A stretch of DNA of 64,000 nt, from contig CAYPAP010000001.1 in the NCBI GenBank assembly GCA_964408775.1, positions 289,839 to 353,838 on the forward strand, given 5' to 3'. The notes below the pieces were generated by a model. The model worked only from the letters and a program-made list of their open reading frames with translations. It was not told where the DNA came from and ran no database searches. The DNA is from an uncultured Gammaproteobacteria bacterium. GTDB taxonomy: Bacteria > Patescibacteriota > Patescibacteriia > Patescibacteriales > UBA12465. Shown piece after piece: positions 16,943 through 26,357 of the stretch (its first letter is position 1; the number at the start of each line of letters is the position of its first letter). The translations under genes were made by a program, and so were the position numbers.

Positions 16943-17500
16943 AATTCACCACCTTTCTAGTTTTAAATTTAATAAATTATAATATTAAAATTATAACACA
17001 AAAGAACGGAAACGACAATAAAAACATTAATAAAAAGTGAGCACTAGTTTCCAGTAGCGTCCATTAATTCATTTAAGACAAACGAAGTTATTCCCCAGGC
17101 GGCTAGAATTATAACCAAACCGATAACACCGGCTCCTAATAATTTTTTGGCCTCGGCCACTTTCTCTTCATTGCCTCCAGCGGTCATCCATTTAAATCCA
17201 CCCAAAAGAACGATAATAACGGCGATGATTCCCAATAAAGTTAGAACTACGTTAATAATTTGGGCTATCATGGTGCGAGGATCTTTTTGTCCCAAGACAA
17301 TCTCTTCTCCTCCTGCGGCCCCATTAATATAATTATAACCGAAATTATCTCCGGCTGCCTCTACTCCAGCAGGCAATACCATCAAAAACGGAGTTAAAAA
17401 CAAAGAAACTATAAACAAAGAAATTATTTTTTTTCTCATAATTCACCACCTTTCTAGTTTTAAATTTAATAAATTATAATATTAAAATTATAACACAAAA
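16593..17500. repeat. tandem duplication, period 497 bp, with 411 bp identical by eye (16593-17003 = 17090-17500)
   Basis: Line-by-line comparison of the two copies. Identity covers the promoter, SD and most of the CDS, but stops about 45 nt before the stop codons. Confidence 0.85.
17044..17439 (-). CDS. T4SS pilin-like protein (paralog 7, near-identical to paralog 6)
   Basis: Differs from paralog 6 only in the last ~15 residues. Confidence 0.8.
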   Translation of the reverse strand: MRKKIISLFIVSLFLTPFLMVLPAGVEAAGDNFGYNYINGAAGGEEIVLGQKDPRTMIAQIINVVLTLLGIIAVIIVLLGGFKWMTAGGNEEKVAEAKKLLGAGVIGLVIILAAWGITSFVLNELMDATGN

Positions 17501-17533
17501 AAAGTAAACAACAATAAAAACAAACCAAAAAAG

Positions 17534-17929
17534 CTAGTTTCCGGTTGCGTTCATTAGTTCGTTCAGAACAAACGAGGTTATTCCCCAAGCAGCTAGAATT
17601 ATAACCAAACCGATAACGCCAGCTCCTAATAATTTTTTAGCCTCAGACACCTTGTCTTCATTGCCCCCGGCGGTCATCCATTTAAATCCACCCAAAAGGA
17701 CAATAACAACAGCAATAATACCAAGCAACGTTAAAACAACGTTGATAATCTGGGCTACCATAGTACGAGGATCTTTTTGTCCTAAAACTATGCCTTCTCC
17801 GGCTACCCCATTGCCATTTACATACCTTAATCCAAAAGGATCGGACGGCGTAGCCTCAGCTGGAAAAGCAATTAAAAATGGGGTTAAGAACAAAAAGAAT
17901 ACCAACAAAGAGATTATTTTTTTTTTCAT
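17534..17929 (-). CDS. T4SS pilin-like protein (paralog 8)
   Basis: Loop motif KWMTAGGNEDKVSEAK. Close relative of paralogs 6 and 7. Confidence 0.8.
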   Translation of the reverse strand: MKKKIISLLVFFLFLTPFLIAFPAEATPSDPFGLRYVNGNGVAGEGIVLGQKDPRTMVAQIINVVLTLLGIIAVVIVLLGGFKWMTAGGNEDKVSEAKKLLGAGVIGLVIILAAWGITSFVLNELMNATGN

Positions 17930-18066
17930 ACTTTAAAATTTTACTTTTAAAAAACTGCTATTAGAAATTAGTCTTAATTCAATATTTAACACACAATAAT
18001 TCTAACATATATTTCAAAAAAGTACAATTACTGTTATAATAAATACATAATTTAAAAATAATTACC

Positions 18067-19731
18067 ATGAAGAGAATAAAATTCAAGAACATTATAATTA
18101 TCTTTTTCTATTTAATATTCTTTCTATTATTGCTAAAGAGTTCCTTCTCATACTTGGATCCTGATTTGGGTTGGCACTTAAAAGCCGGGGAAGAGGCTCA
18201 TTTAAATAAAGCCGTTCCTTACGAAAATTATTACAACTATGTTTTTCCAGCCGAAGAAAATTTCTGGATAAATCACGAATGGCTATCAGACTACTTATTG
18301 TTTTTAGCTTATGATAATTGGGGCTATCCTTTTATAAACATATTTTTCGCCCTGCTTATTATATTAACCTTAGTAATATTAAATGGCTTTGTTAGTAAAA
18401 AGATAATAAAAGATGAGAGGTCTATTTATATTATATTAATAATAGAGGCTTTAGGTCTCAGGGCGATGCTACCTCATTTTGGCGTTAGAGTACAAGAAAT
18501 AAGTGTTTTATTTCTCCTCTTATTATTAATAATTGTTTTTAATTTCGAAAAGGGGGCTTTAAATAAAAATAATCGTTATTTTTTAGTATTAATATGGTTG
18601 ATCCCCCTCTTTTATTTATGGGCCAATTTACACGCTGGATTTTTATTAGGAATATTTACATTACTCTTTTACTTAGGAGTAAAAATAATTGAAAAAATTG
18701 TCTATAATTTTAAAGACAGAAAATTAGGAAGAACCCTGGAATCTTTCTTCAATCTAGAGAGCCGCCTTGGCAACAAAAACTTAAGGATATTTTTTGTTTT
18801 CTCTATTTTGGCTGTTGCCAGTACCACCCTAACTCCTTATGGCTTAAAATTGTTTGACTTTTTATCTTCCTATAAAAATACCGCCTATTTAAAAATAATA
18901 TCTGAGTGGCTACCTCAGTATTATTGGCCTCTGATGTATGAACAGATAGTATACATCGGACTAGTTTTAACTGGTTGGATAATTACTGTGTTTTTTTATA
19001 AAAATTATAAAAATAATCAACATGGAAAGGTTTTTCTAAGCCCCTGGATGCTGGCTTTAAATCTTTTTTTTATAATTTTAGCCATAAAATCGAAAAGGCA
19101 CTTTCCTCTGTTCTTTATAGTATCACTTCCATTTATTTCCAGCTTCTTTTATCATGAGTTTAAAGAGACATTATTGAAAGGAATAAAAAAAACAAATAAT
19201 ACTATAGACTGGTTTTTAAAAATATTTTTAATTAGTGTTTTTACTTGTACTACCTTGTTAATAGCTATAAATATTAATTTTGTTTATAATCCCTTTGATT
19301 ACTTTAATCAAAGCTACCCCCGAGACGCCACTAACTTTCTAAAAGAAAATCATGAAAAATATTTTTCAGCTAATATTTTTAATCACTATGCCTGGGGAGG
19401 ATATCTGATTCATGAATATCCAGAAAAAAAATTATTTATTGACGGACGCCTTCCCCAAAAAGAAATTAATAATCACAGCTTTGTAGAAGAATATGCTTTG
19501 TTTTTTTCAGAAGAAGAGGAAATCGTTACTAAAAAAATTGAAGAATATCAGATTAAATTATTTTTACTAGACAAACCAATAAAAATAAAAAAACGCTGGT
19601 TAGATAAAAAAATATTTGGCTTTAAAAATGACTATCTAGAGACAGAGAACCAGCTAATAAAATATTTAGACAATAACAATTTTAATAAAATCTATGAAGA
19701 CGAAATTAGTGTCATCTATTACCAAAAATAA
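18067..19731 (+). CDS. large polytopic membrane protein, possible GT-C-type glycosyltransferase
   Basis: 554 aa with many TM helices. Family not recognised with certainty. Confidence 0.5.
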   Translation: MKRIKFKNIIIIFFYLIFFLLLLKSSFSYLDPDLGWHLKAGEEAHLNKAVPYENYYNYVFPAEENFWINHEWLSDYLLFLAYDNWGYPFINIFFALLIILTLVILNGFVSKKIIKDERSIYIILIIEALGLRAMLPHFGVRVQEISVLFLLLLLIIVFNFEKGALNKNNRYFLVLIWLIPLFYLWANLHAGFLLGIFTLLFYLGVKIIEKIVYNFKDRKLGRTLESFFNLESRLGNKNLRIFFVFSILAVASTTLTPYGLKLFDFLSSYKNTAYLKIISEWLPQYYWPLMYEQIVYIGLVLTGWIITVFFYKNYKNNQHGKVFLSPWMLALNLFFIILAIKSKRHFPLFFIVSLPFISSFFYHEFKETLLKGIKKTNNTIDWFLKIFLISVFTCTTLLIAININFVYNPFDYFNQSYPRDATNFLKENHEKYFSANIFNHYAWGGYLIHEYPEKKLFIDGRLPQKEINNHSFVEEYALFFSEEEEIVTKKIEEYQIKLFLLDKPIKIKKRWLDKKIFGFKNDYLETENQLIKYLDNNNFNKIYEDEISVIYYQK

Positions 19732-21088
19732 AAAAAACAACAAAACATATCTTTTTATTGCCTTCTATTACTTATTGCTATTATTATTTTGTTTATTTTT
19801 TCATTATAGAAATTATTTAAACGCTGACGAGGGAGTAATTTTAAATGGAGCTTGGCATCTTTTTAACGGCTATCAATTATACTTTGACTTTTTTGAAATA
19901 ATAGGTCCAGGGAGCTTTTATCTTGTTTTTTGGGGTTTTAAAATATTTGGACCTCATTATTATGTTGCCAGTATAATAAGCATATTGGTTCTATGGGGTG
20001 GCTCTATTGGAATTTTTAAACTTCTAAATTTAATAAAAAAAGATATTTTCTTGAATTTTATAATTCCAATTTTATTTATAATTATTTTTATCGGTGATCC
20101 GATTATCAATCATAATTTATATAATATTTTTTTTATAATTTGGTCTTGCTATTTTTTGGCCCTGGGACTTAAAACAAATAAGAGCAAATATTTTGTCTGG
20201 GGCGGTTTTCTCGGAGGATTGGCTGTTGTTTTCTTACAACAAAAAGGATTATTGTTTTTGGGTTCAACTTTTTTATTTTTACTAATGGACATGATAAGAA
20301 ATAAATTTAAAAATTATAAAAATATTTCTATATATGTAGTCTTTTCTCTCTTGCCAATAACCTTAGTTCTTATAAATTGGCCTATAGAATTACTTTATTA
20401 TAATCTAATAAAGTTTCCCTCTTTAAATTACTGGGAAGCAAACAAAACCTCGTTTTTATTATTAATAATAGCCACTCTTTTCTTTTCGTATTATGCAATA
20501 AGATTAAAAAATAAATCCAAGATTACCGACTATCTCCTTTTTACTCAATTTTTTTTACTACTATCTGTAATCCCATTAGCAGATCTCTATCATATTTCAT
20601 TAGTAGTTTTTCCCCTACTAACTCTAACACCTTTTTTGTTTATAGCTTCAAAAAATTGGACTAAAATAATCCCTATTATATTTCTATTTTGGATGGCCAT
20701 TTATTCTTTGGGGGAAGCGATAACAAACTTCAAGCCATTCTATTTTTTCCCAAAAGATTTTATTGAATTTATAAGAGAAGAATGTCCTGATAAATATATT
20801 TATGTTGGACCGTTCTGCCCTGGTATTTATTTTGAAACGAAAAAAATAAATGCCAGCTCCTATGGATTGTTAATTGAAGGATATTCTACCACAGAACAAT
20901 TTGAAAAAGCGTTAGAAGAAATTAAAATAAACCAACCTTCCTGTATAATACTAAATTATAGCCAAAATACCAGCGAACACTTTCAACATCAAGGAAATAA
21001 TGTATTAGAAGAATACATTAGCAAAAACTATAGAATTAAGAAAACTTATTATGATAATCAAATCGTCATCTATAGCAACCGAGAATAA
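19694..21088 (+). CDS. large polytopic membrane protein
   Basis: 464 aa with many TM helices. The N-terminus MKTKLVSSITKNKK resembles that of the next gene. Confidence 0.5.
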   Translation: MKTKLVSSITKNKKNNKTYLFIAFYYLLLLLFCLFFHYRNYLNADEGVILNGAWHLFNGYQLYFDFFEIIGPGSFYLVFWGFKIFGPHYYVASIISILVLWGGSIGIFKLLNLIKKDIFLNFIIPILFIIIFIGDPIINHNLYNIFFIIWSCYFLALGLKTNKSKYFVWGGFLGGLAVVFLQQKGLLFLGSTFLFLLMDMIRNKFKNYKNISIYVVFSLLPITLVLINWPIELLYYNLIKFPSLNYWEANKTSFLLLIIATLFFSYYAIRLKNKSKITDYLLFTQFFLLLSVIPLADLYHISLVVFPLLTLTPFLFIASKNWTKIIPIIFLFWMAIYSLGEAITNFKPFYFFPKDFIEFIREECPDKYIYVGPFCPGIYFETKKINASSYGLLIEGYSTTEQFEKALEEIKINQPSCIILNYSQNTSEHFQHQGNNVLEEYISKNYRIKKTYYDNQIVIYSNRE

Positions 21089-21110
21089 AAATTTAATTTT
21101 GCCAAAGTTT

Positions 21111-22448
21111 ATGAAAACAAAATTATCATCACTTATCATCAAAAATAAAAATCTAATTTTACTGGGACTAATATATTTCTCTTTTTTATCTCTATTCTAT
21201 TTAGTAGAGCCAGTTAGAATAATAATATTTCAAGAAAGCTCTCAGACCCTAGGAGAGAATGTTGTTTTTTGGGCCGTGATTCTAAATCTTATTATTTTGT
21301 TTTTAACCCACCTATTATTTTTTAAAAAAATACAAAAAATTTCCTTCAAAAAACTTTTTATAGTAAGTGTAATAATAAACTTATTTTTATGGTTAGTTTG
21401 GCCTATTGCTTCATCAGATGTTTTTGGTTATATTTACCAAGGAAGAGTCTGGGCGATTTTCAAAGAAAACCCTTATTTAACTAGCTATTACAGCTTTCAA
21501 CATGATGTTTTCTTCAACAGTCTAAACAACATTTGGTCGGAATACACCTCGAGATATGGGCCAATTTTTACAATAATCAATAGCTTTTTTACCTTCTTAT
21601 TTAAAAACAATATTGTATTAAATTTATTTATCCTGAAATTTTTCTTTATAATAATTAATATTTTAAATGGATACTTAATTTATAAAATAACTAAAAACAA
21701 AAAAGCCTTTTATCTATACACACTTAACCCACTAATATTATTTGAATTTGCTATAAACGGGCACAACGATGTCTTATTTATATTCTTTATAGTATTGGCT
21801 ATGTTCTTTCTAGGTAAAAAAGGGCACGACTTAAAAAACTACTTAACCTCTTTTTTCTTATTAACACTGTCATTTCTGACAAAATTTATATCCGTTATCT
21901 TTTTACCAATATTCGCTCTGAAAGCGTTTATTAAAACAGATAAAAAAGCACTATTAATTTTTTACTTGCTTTTAATATTTTCTATTACCTTAATATTGTC
22001 ATATATTCCTTTTTCAAAAAAAATAATAGACATTGTTGGGGCTCCGCTGCCTCAGCTAAGCATGTTAAGCATAACTGCGTCTCCATTAATAATTTTGCTG
22101 ATACTAATTTCTATGCTCACAAAAAACTATCTACCACTAGAGTCTGTTATACCAATAGCAGGGGTTATCTTTGTTTTCTGTTATTTAATAATTTTGTTTG
22201 ATATAATCAAGAAAAGGAAGGTTTTAAAAAACAGTCAAAACAATCTTTCTTTCTTTTGGTATTTTGGCCTAGTTCTATTGCTTTTTTATCTCACATCAAT
22301 CCCCTGGCTAATGCCATGGTATTTCCCGTTATTAATAGCCTTGTTCTCAATAATATTTTCTAGCACCTCAAAAAAAGAGCGTTTTTCTCTGCTGGTAATA
22401 TTTGGGGCAACTTTTTATGGAATTATTAATTATTTAATTTTAAGATAA
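21111..22448 (+). CDS. large polytopic membrane protein, possible GT-C/DUF2029-like glycosyltransferase
   Basis: Start moved to MKTKLSSLIIKNK at 21111, after the upstream stop at 21088. Contains the motif SSDVFGYIYQGR...NPY. Confidence 0.5.
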   Translation: MKTKLSSLIIKNKNLILLGLIYFSFLSLFYLVEPVRIIIFQESSQTLGENVVFWAVILNLIILFLTHLLFFKKIQKISFKKLFIVSVIINLFLWLVWPIASSDVFGYIYQGRVWAIFKENPYLTSYYSFQHDVFFNSLNNIWSEYTSRYGPIFTIINSFFTFLFKNNIVLNLFILKFFFIIINILNGYLIYKITKNKKAFYLYTLNPLILFEFAINGHNDVLFIFFIVLAMFFLGKKGHDLKNYLTSFFLLTLSFLTKFISVIFLPIFALKAFIKTDKKALLIFYLLLIFSITLILSYIPFSKKIIDIVGAPLPQLSMLSITASPLIILLILISMLTKNYLPLESVIPIAGVIFVFCYLIILFDIIKKRKVLKNSQNNLSFFWYFGLVLLLFYLTSIPWLMPWYFPLLIALFSIIFSSTSKKERFSLLVIFGATFYGIINYLILR

Positions 22449-22452
22449 GTCT

Positions 22453-23217
22453 ATGTTAATCGAGTTTACTTTTCCTTGCTACAATGAGGAACAATTGTTA
22501 CAAAAAAATTGTTTAAAATTTCTTCAATACCTAAAAGACCAAAATTACCATTTTGATTGGCGAATAATATTGATAATAAACGGCTCTAGTGATAGTTCTG
22601 AAAAAATTGCTTTAGATCTAGAACAAAAAAACCCAGAAATAAGGGCCTTTATAATAAAAGAAAAAGGTAGAGGAAATGCTATTAAAACTTATTTCGACCA
22701 AAGTCAGGCTGACTTTTTAATTTATATGGACATTGATATGGCGGTATCAATAGAAAACACCAATGATTTAATTAACCCTTTTTTAACAGAGAACTATGAT
22801 GTTGTTATTGGTTCTCGTTTATTAAAAATATCCAAAACTGAAAGGTCATTTATTAGAGAGCTAAGCTCAAGAACATATATTTCCTTATCCAAAATAATCA
22901 TAAAACACAAATTTTCCGACCTGCAGTGTGGCTTTAAAGGCATAAAAAAAGAAGATTGGACAAAAATAAGCCCCCATATCGAAGATCGTGGATGGTTTTT
23001 TGACACCGAGCTACTCCTCTGGGGACAATTACTGGGCCTTAAAATAAAAGAAATTCCGGTTAATTGGTCGGAAAATCGTTACGAAAAAAGAAAAAGCAAG
23101 GTAAAACTAGTTAGAGACTCTTTAGTTTTTATAAAAAAACTAATTCAACTAAGAAAAAGAATTAAACACACCGATGTTAACAAAGATTTTTCTTCTTCGC
23201 CACCCCAAAAATACTAA
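22453..23217 (+). CDS. family 2 glycosyltransferase (polyprenol-phosphate sugar transferase-like)
   Basis: GT2 fold features: FPCYNEE, an acidic DxD-like motif (YMDIDMAV) and FSDLQCGFKG. Confidence 0.75.
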   Translation: MLIEFTFPCYNEEQLLQKNCLKFLQYLKDQNYHFDWRIILIINGSSDSSEKIALDLEQKNPEIRAFIIKEKGRGNAIKTYFDQSQADFLIYMDIDMAVSIENTNDLINPFLTENYDVVIGSRLLKISKTERSFIRELSSRTYISLSKIIIKHKFSDLQCGFKGIKKEDWTKISPHIEDRGWFFDTELLLWGQLLGLKIKEIPVNWSENRYEKRKSKVKLVRDSLVFIKKLIQLRKRIKHTDVNKDFSSSPPQKY

Positions 23218-23902
23218 CCCCGCAAGGAAACCTTAGACCTTTTTTTATTAAAAAATTCTCCAAATAGAGAATACTAAAAAAAACAAAATTTAATGCTTTA
23301 GAAATTTTTTGAACATCAGAATTGATGGTCTTTTTTTTAAAAATAATTCTATTAATAAAAACCACAGGAAAAAGAAAAAAATTCCAATAAAAAATTTTTG
23401 TAATTTGAAAATCGTTATCCACAAGTCTCTGACGCAAACCTCTCATCGAGTATCTTCTGTGATGTTTCATATAGACATCATGTCCACTATACAAAAATTG
23501 AAAAGCGGGGACAGAAAAAATAAACAGACCATCCTTTTTTAAAACTCGATAAATATTCTTTAAAGCTAAGTTATCATCTTTTATATGTTCCAAAACATCA
23601 AAAGCACAAATAACATCATATTTTTCAGATTCTTCTAGCTCTTTTTCGGCATCCTGATAAAAAACCTTAAAACCAAGCTTAGAGGCTTCGTCCAGAGCAT
23701 CTTTATTAACATCTGAGCCAAAAACCTCGTTACCTGAAGAAGATAAAACCTGAAGTTGTCCCCCAGCCCCACAGCCAATTTCTAGAATTTTTTTATCCCT
23801 AATTTTATATTTTTCTAAAATAATCTTAATAAGCCGTCTTCTAGCCCTATACCAAAAAAAGTTTGATTCAAGACCAATTTTTTTGAAATCTAAATAGTCC
23901 AT
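23177..23902 (-). CDS. class I SAM-dependent methyltransferase
   Basis: SAM-binding motif ILEIGCGAGG and FDVLEH. Confidence 0.75.
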   Translation of the reverse strand: MDYLDFKKIGLESNFFWYRARRRLIKIILEKYKIRDKKILEIGCGAGGQLQVLSSSGNEVFGSDVNKDALDEASKLGFKVFYQDAEKELEESEKYDVICAFDVLEHIKDDNLALKNIYRVLKKDGLFIFSVPAFQFLYSGHDVYMKHHRRYSMRGLRQRLVDNDFQITKIFYWNFFLFPVVFINRIIFKKKTINSDVQKISKALNFVFFSILYLENFLIKKGLRFPCGVSIFGVAKKKNLC

Positions 23903-23905
23903 ATA

Positions 23906-24274
23906 TCAATTTAAGGCGTCTTTATAGTGTTTTAAACTAGCTTTACCTATTTTTTCGTTGAGAACAATATAAATATAATCCAATCTTATTTTTTCCAGAT
24001 CCATCTTTCTAATAGAGGCGTACAAAACCATAGCTTTTTTTATTTTTTCTATTTGACTGCTTTTAAAATTATCATCCTCCTCTTTTTTAAACTTCTGCAC
24101 CCTAGTTTTAACTTCAAAAAAAACTAATTCACCTGCCTTCTTGTCTCGCGCAATAATATCAACCTCTAAGTGACCCAATCTAAAATTACGCTCGATGATT
24201 TCATAGTTATTGGCCCTTAAATAATTTTCGGCCAAATCCTCTCCGGTTTGGCCGACTCTCTTTCTATTATTCAT
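23906..24274 (-). CDS. YraN (UPF0102) family endonuclease-like protein
   Basis: GEDLAENYL....Y.IIERNFR...GEVDIIA......LVFFEVKTR pattern. Confidence 0.8.
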   Translation of the reverse strand: MNNRKRVGQTGEDLAENYLRANNYEIIERNFRLGHLEVDIIARDKKAGELVFFEVKTRVQKFKKEEDDNFKSSQIEKIKKAMVLYASIRKMDLEKIRLDYIYIVLNEKIGKASLKHYKDALN

Positions 24275-24280
24275 TCACTT

Positions 24281-24664
24281 TTAAGGTAAATATTTTTTAA
24301 ACTCTTCTTCTTTGCGTCGCTCTTCTCGATGAAAAATTATTTTTTTTATTTTTTTACTAATATTTAATAACCAGACAATTATAATCGCCAACCAAATAAG
24401 CAGCCAAAAGCGAGATGAAAAAAATTGAATTTGTTGACCATTAAAAAACAATAATACAACCCCTAAAACTAAATTAATAAAACAAAAATCATATAATTTA
24501 TTAAATAGAATCTTATTCTTGCCTGTTTTTTTGCGATAAATCATAAAGACAATACCAGCCACAAAAAGCAAAGCCAAGAAAGCTATGAATAAATTTCGAG
24601 CTAAAGGAACAAAAACTTCTGGACGAGATTCGAACCAATAACTTAATGTAAATAAATTAGTCAT
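24281..24664 (-). CDS. hypothetical membrane protein
   Basis: 127 aa with 3-4 TM helices. Confidence 0.5.
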   Translation of the reverse strand: MTNLFTLSYWFESRPEVFVPLARNLFIAFLALLFVAGIVFMIYRKKTGKNKILFNKLYDFCFINLVLGVVLLFFNGQQIQFFSSRFWLLIWLAIIIVWLLNISKKIKKIIFHREERRKEEEFKKYLP

Positions 24665-24677
24665 ACTATAAAATTAA

Positions 24678-25226
24678 TTATTTTTTAATCAATAATAGGC
24701 CATAATGATGATGGCCAGCCGGAAAATCTTCGATTATTTCTAGCCCTAGTTTTTCGGCCTCTTTTTTTAAGTCTTCTTTTTTAATTCTTAATTCATTGTT
24801 GCGGGCGAAAGAAAAATCCCCCTCATTCCACTCAACTATTAACATCCGACCACCTAATTTCAACATTCTAACTGATTCCTTTAAAATGTCAAGATATTTT
24901 TGAGACTGATGCAGGGTATTAATTAGCAAGGCCCCGTCCAAGGATTCGTCGCCTATTTTTGTGCCCTTATATATTTCTAAATTACTCCAAACAGCCTCTA
25001 CTTGCTTTAAGTTCTCTGTTTTAGCAATACTTTTGATTGATTCTAGATTCCCCTTTAAAATATCCACCGCATAAACTTTGCCGTGTTGAGAAATTCTCTT
25101 GGCCAGAGAAAAAACGAAATAGCCAAAAGAACCACATCCTAGATCGGCTATTTTTTCATTGTCGGCACTGATTACTTTATCTATTAAAAAATCAACATCG
25201 AGTAAATTATTTTTTGAAGTTAACAT
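24678..25226 (-). CDS. SAM-dependent methyltransferase
   Basis: IADLGCGSFGYF glycine-rich loop. 182 aa. Confidence 0.65.
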   Translation of the reverse strand: MLTSKNNLLDVDFLIDKVISADNEKIADLGCGSFGYFVFSLAKRISQHGKVYAVDILKGNLESIKSIAKTENLKQVEAVWSNLEIYKGTKIGDESLDGALLINTLHQSQKYLDILKESVRMLKLGGRMLIVEWNEGDFSFARNNELRIKKEDLKKEAEKLGLEIIEDFPAGHHHYGLLLIKK

Positions 25227-25242
25227 ATTTTTAATTTAATTT

Positions 25243-25911
25243 TTATTCTACTAATATTTGTCGATTGATTACTTTTTCCCGGCTATACTTCTTTTTAGCT
25301 TCAATTATTATATTATTAACCCCGGACCCAAGGCGAACATTTTCTGAAAAATTTCCATCACTAGCAATTAATATTAATTGGCCATTTATCTTAACCTCGC
25401 TTTCTGGCTCAGTGCTCCCGGTTACATTTATATAATATTCTGAAATAATTTGATTGTCCGGAGGGTATGAAACATCTAAGAACGGAGGAGAAAAAATTCC
25501 TCTGAAATAAAAAAATAGATACAAAAAACAAATTATTATGAGTAAGGCTATTAAAAAATTACGTAAAATCTTAGGAAAAGATAATAAGTTCTTCCAACTA
25601 ACAATTTTATTGAAAAAAATATTGCTTTCAAGGTTTTGGCCACGACTCTGCTCTTTAACAAAATCATTGACTATATTTTTATACCTTATTCCCAAAAAAT
25701 CTATGTATTTTTTAAAAAATATCTTACCATAAATTCCTCTGGGCAAATCTTTATAATTTCCATTTTCGATAGCAATTAAATACTTAACATTTACTCCTGT
25801 TTTTTTTGACACCTCGTTGATGTCAATACCTCGACGCTCTCTAATTTTTTTAATATAACTACCGATAGAATCTTGCTCTAAGGAAACTGATCTTTTAACA
25901 AAGTCTGACAT
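25243..25911 (-). CDS. RodZ-like HTH (XRE-type) membrane protein
   Basis: N-terminal HTH (IGSYIKKIRERRGIDINEVSKKTGVNVKYLIAIENG), one TM and an extracytoplasmic C-terminal domain. Confidence 0.65.
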   Translation of the reverse strand: MSDFVKRSVSLEQDSIGSYIKKIRERRGIDINEVSKKTGVNVKYLIAIENGNYKDLPRGIYGKIFFKKYIDFLGIRYKNIVNDFVKEQSRGQNLESNIFFNKIVSWKNLLSFPKILRNFLIALLIIICFLYLFFYFRGIFSPPFLDVSYPPDNQIISEYYINVTGSTEPESEVKINGQLILIASDGNFSENVRLGSGVNNIIIEAKKKYSREKVINRQILVE

Positions 25912-25949
25912 AGGAAAATAAATTTATTTTTTATAGAGGAGCCTGGATT

Positions 25950-26342
25950 TTATTTTAATTCAACACCAGAAGTATCTCCATCCCAACTGAGGTTAAAGGC
26001 CTCCATCACAAAGTTAATAATTATATAGCTAGTAAAAACAAGAGCTAAGCCAATAACGGCTGCTATTAAAATATTTTTAGCCTTAGAGACTTTTTCAGAG
26101 TTTCCAGCTGAAATTAGCATTAAAAACCCACCAATAACAAACATTAAAAGCGCTAAAGACCCGACTATTCCTAAAATCAAACTAGACACATTTATTCCCA
26201 CTCCGACTAAGTCCTCTAACTCATAATTACCGCTTTCATATTTAGACCCTTGAGGGACTATTGAATTACTGGCAGAAACAAAACTAAAACTAAGAAGTGA
26301 AAAAACAATAACTATTGTTGCTATTTTAAAAAATTTTAACAT
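25950..26342 (-). CDS. T4SS pilin-like protein (dispersed ninth paralog)
   Basis: Signal peptide and two TM helices. Loop LMLISAGNSEKVSKAKN is homologous to the WMTAGGNEEK loop of the array. Confidence 0.65.
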   Translation of the reverse strand: MLKFFKIATIVIVFSLLSFSFVSASNSIVPQGSKYESGNYELEDLVGVGINVSSLILGIVGSLALLMFVIGGFLMLISAGNSEKVSKAKNILIAAVIGLALVFTSYIIINFVMEAFNLSWDGDTSGVELK

Positions 26343-26357
26343 ATTTTTAAAAATTAA

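Noticed and set aside
14198-17929. Regular ~400-500-bp periodic repetition as a possible CRISPR or satellite array
   Set aside because: The repeating units are complete protein-coding genes with signal peptides and SD sequences. No short direct repeats with unique spacers occur anywhere in the window.
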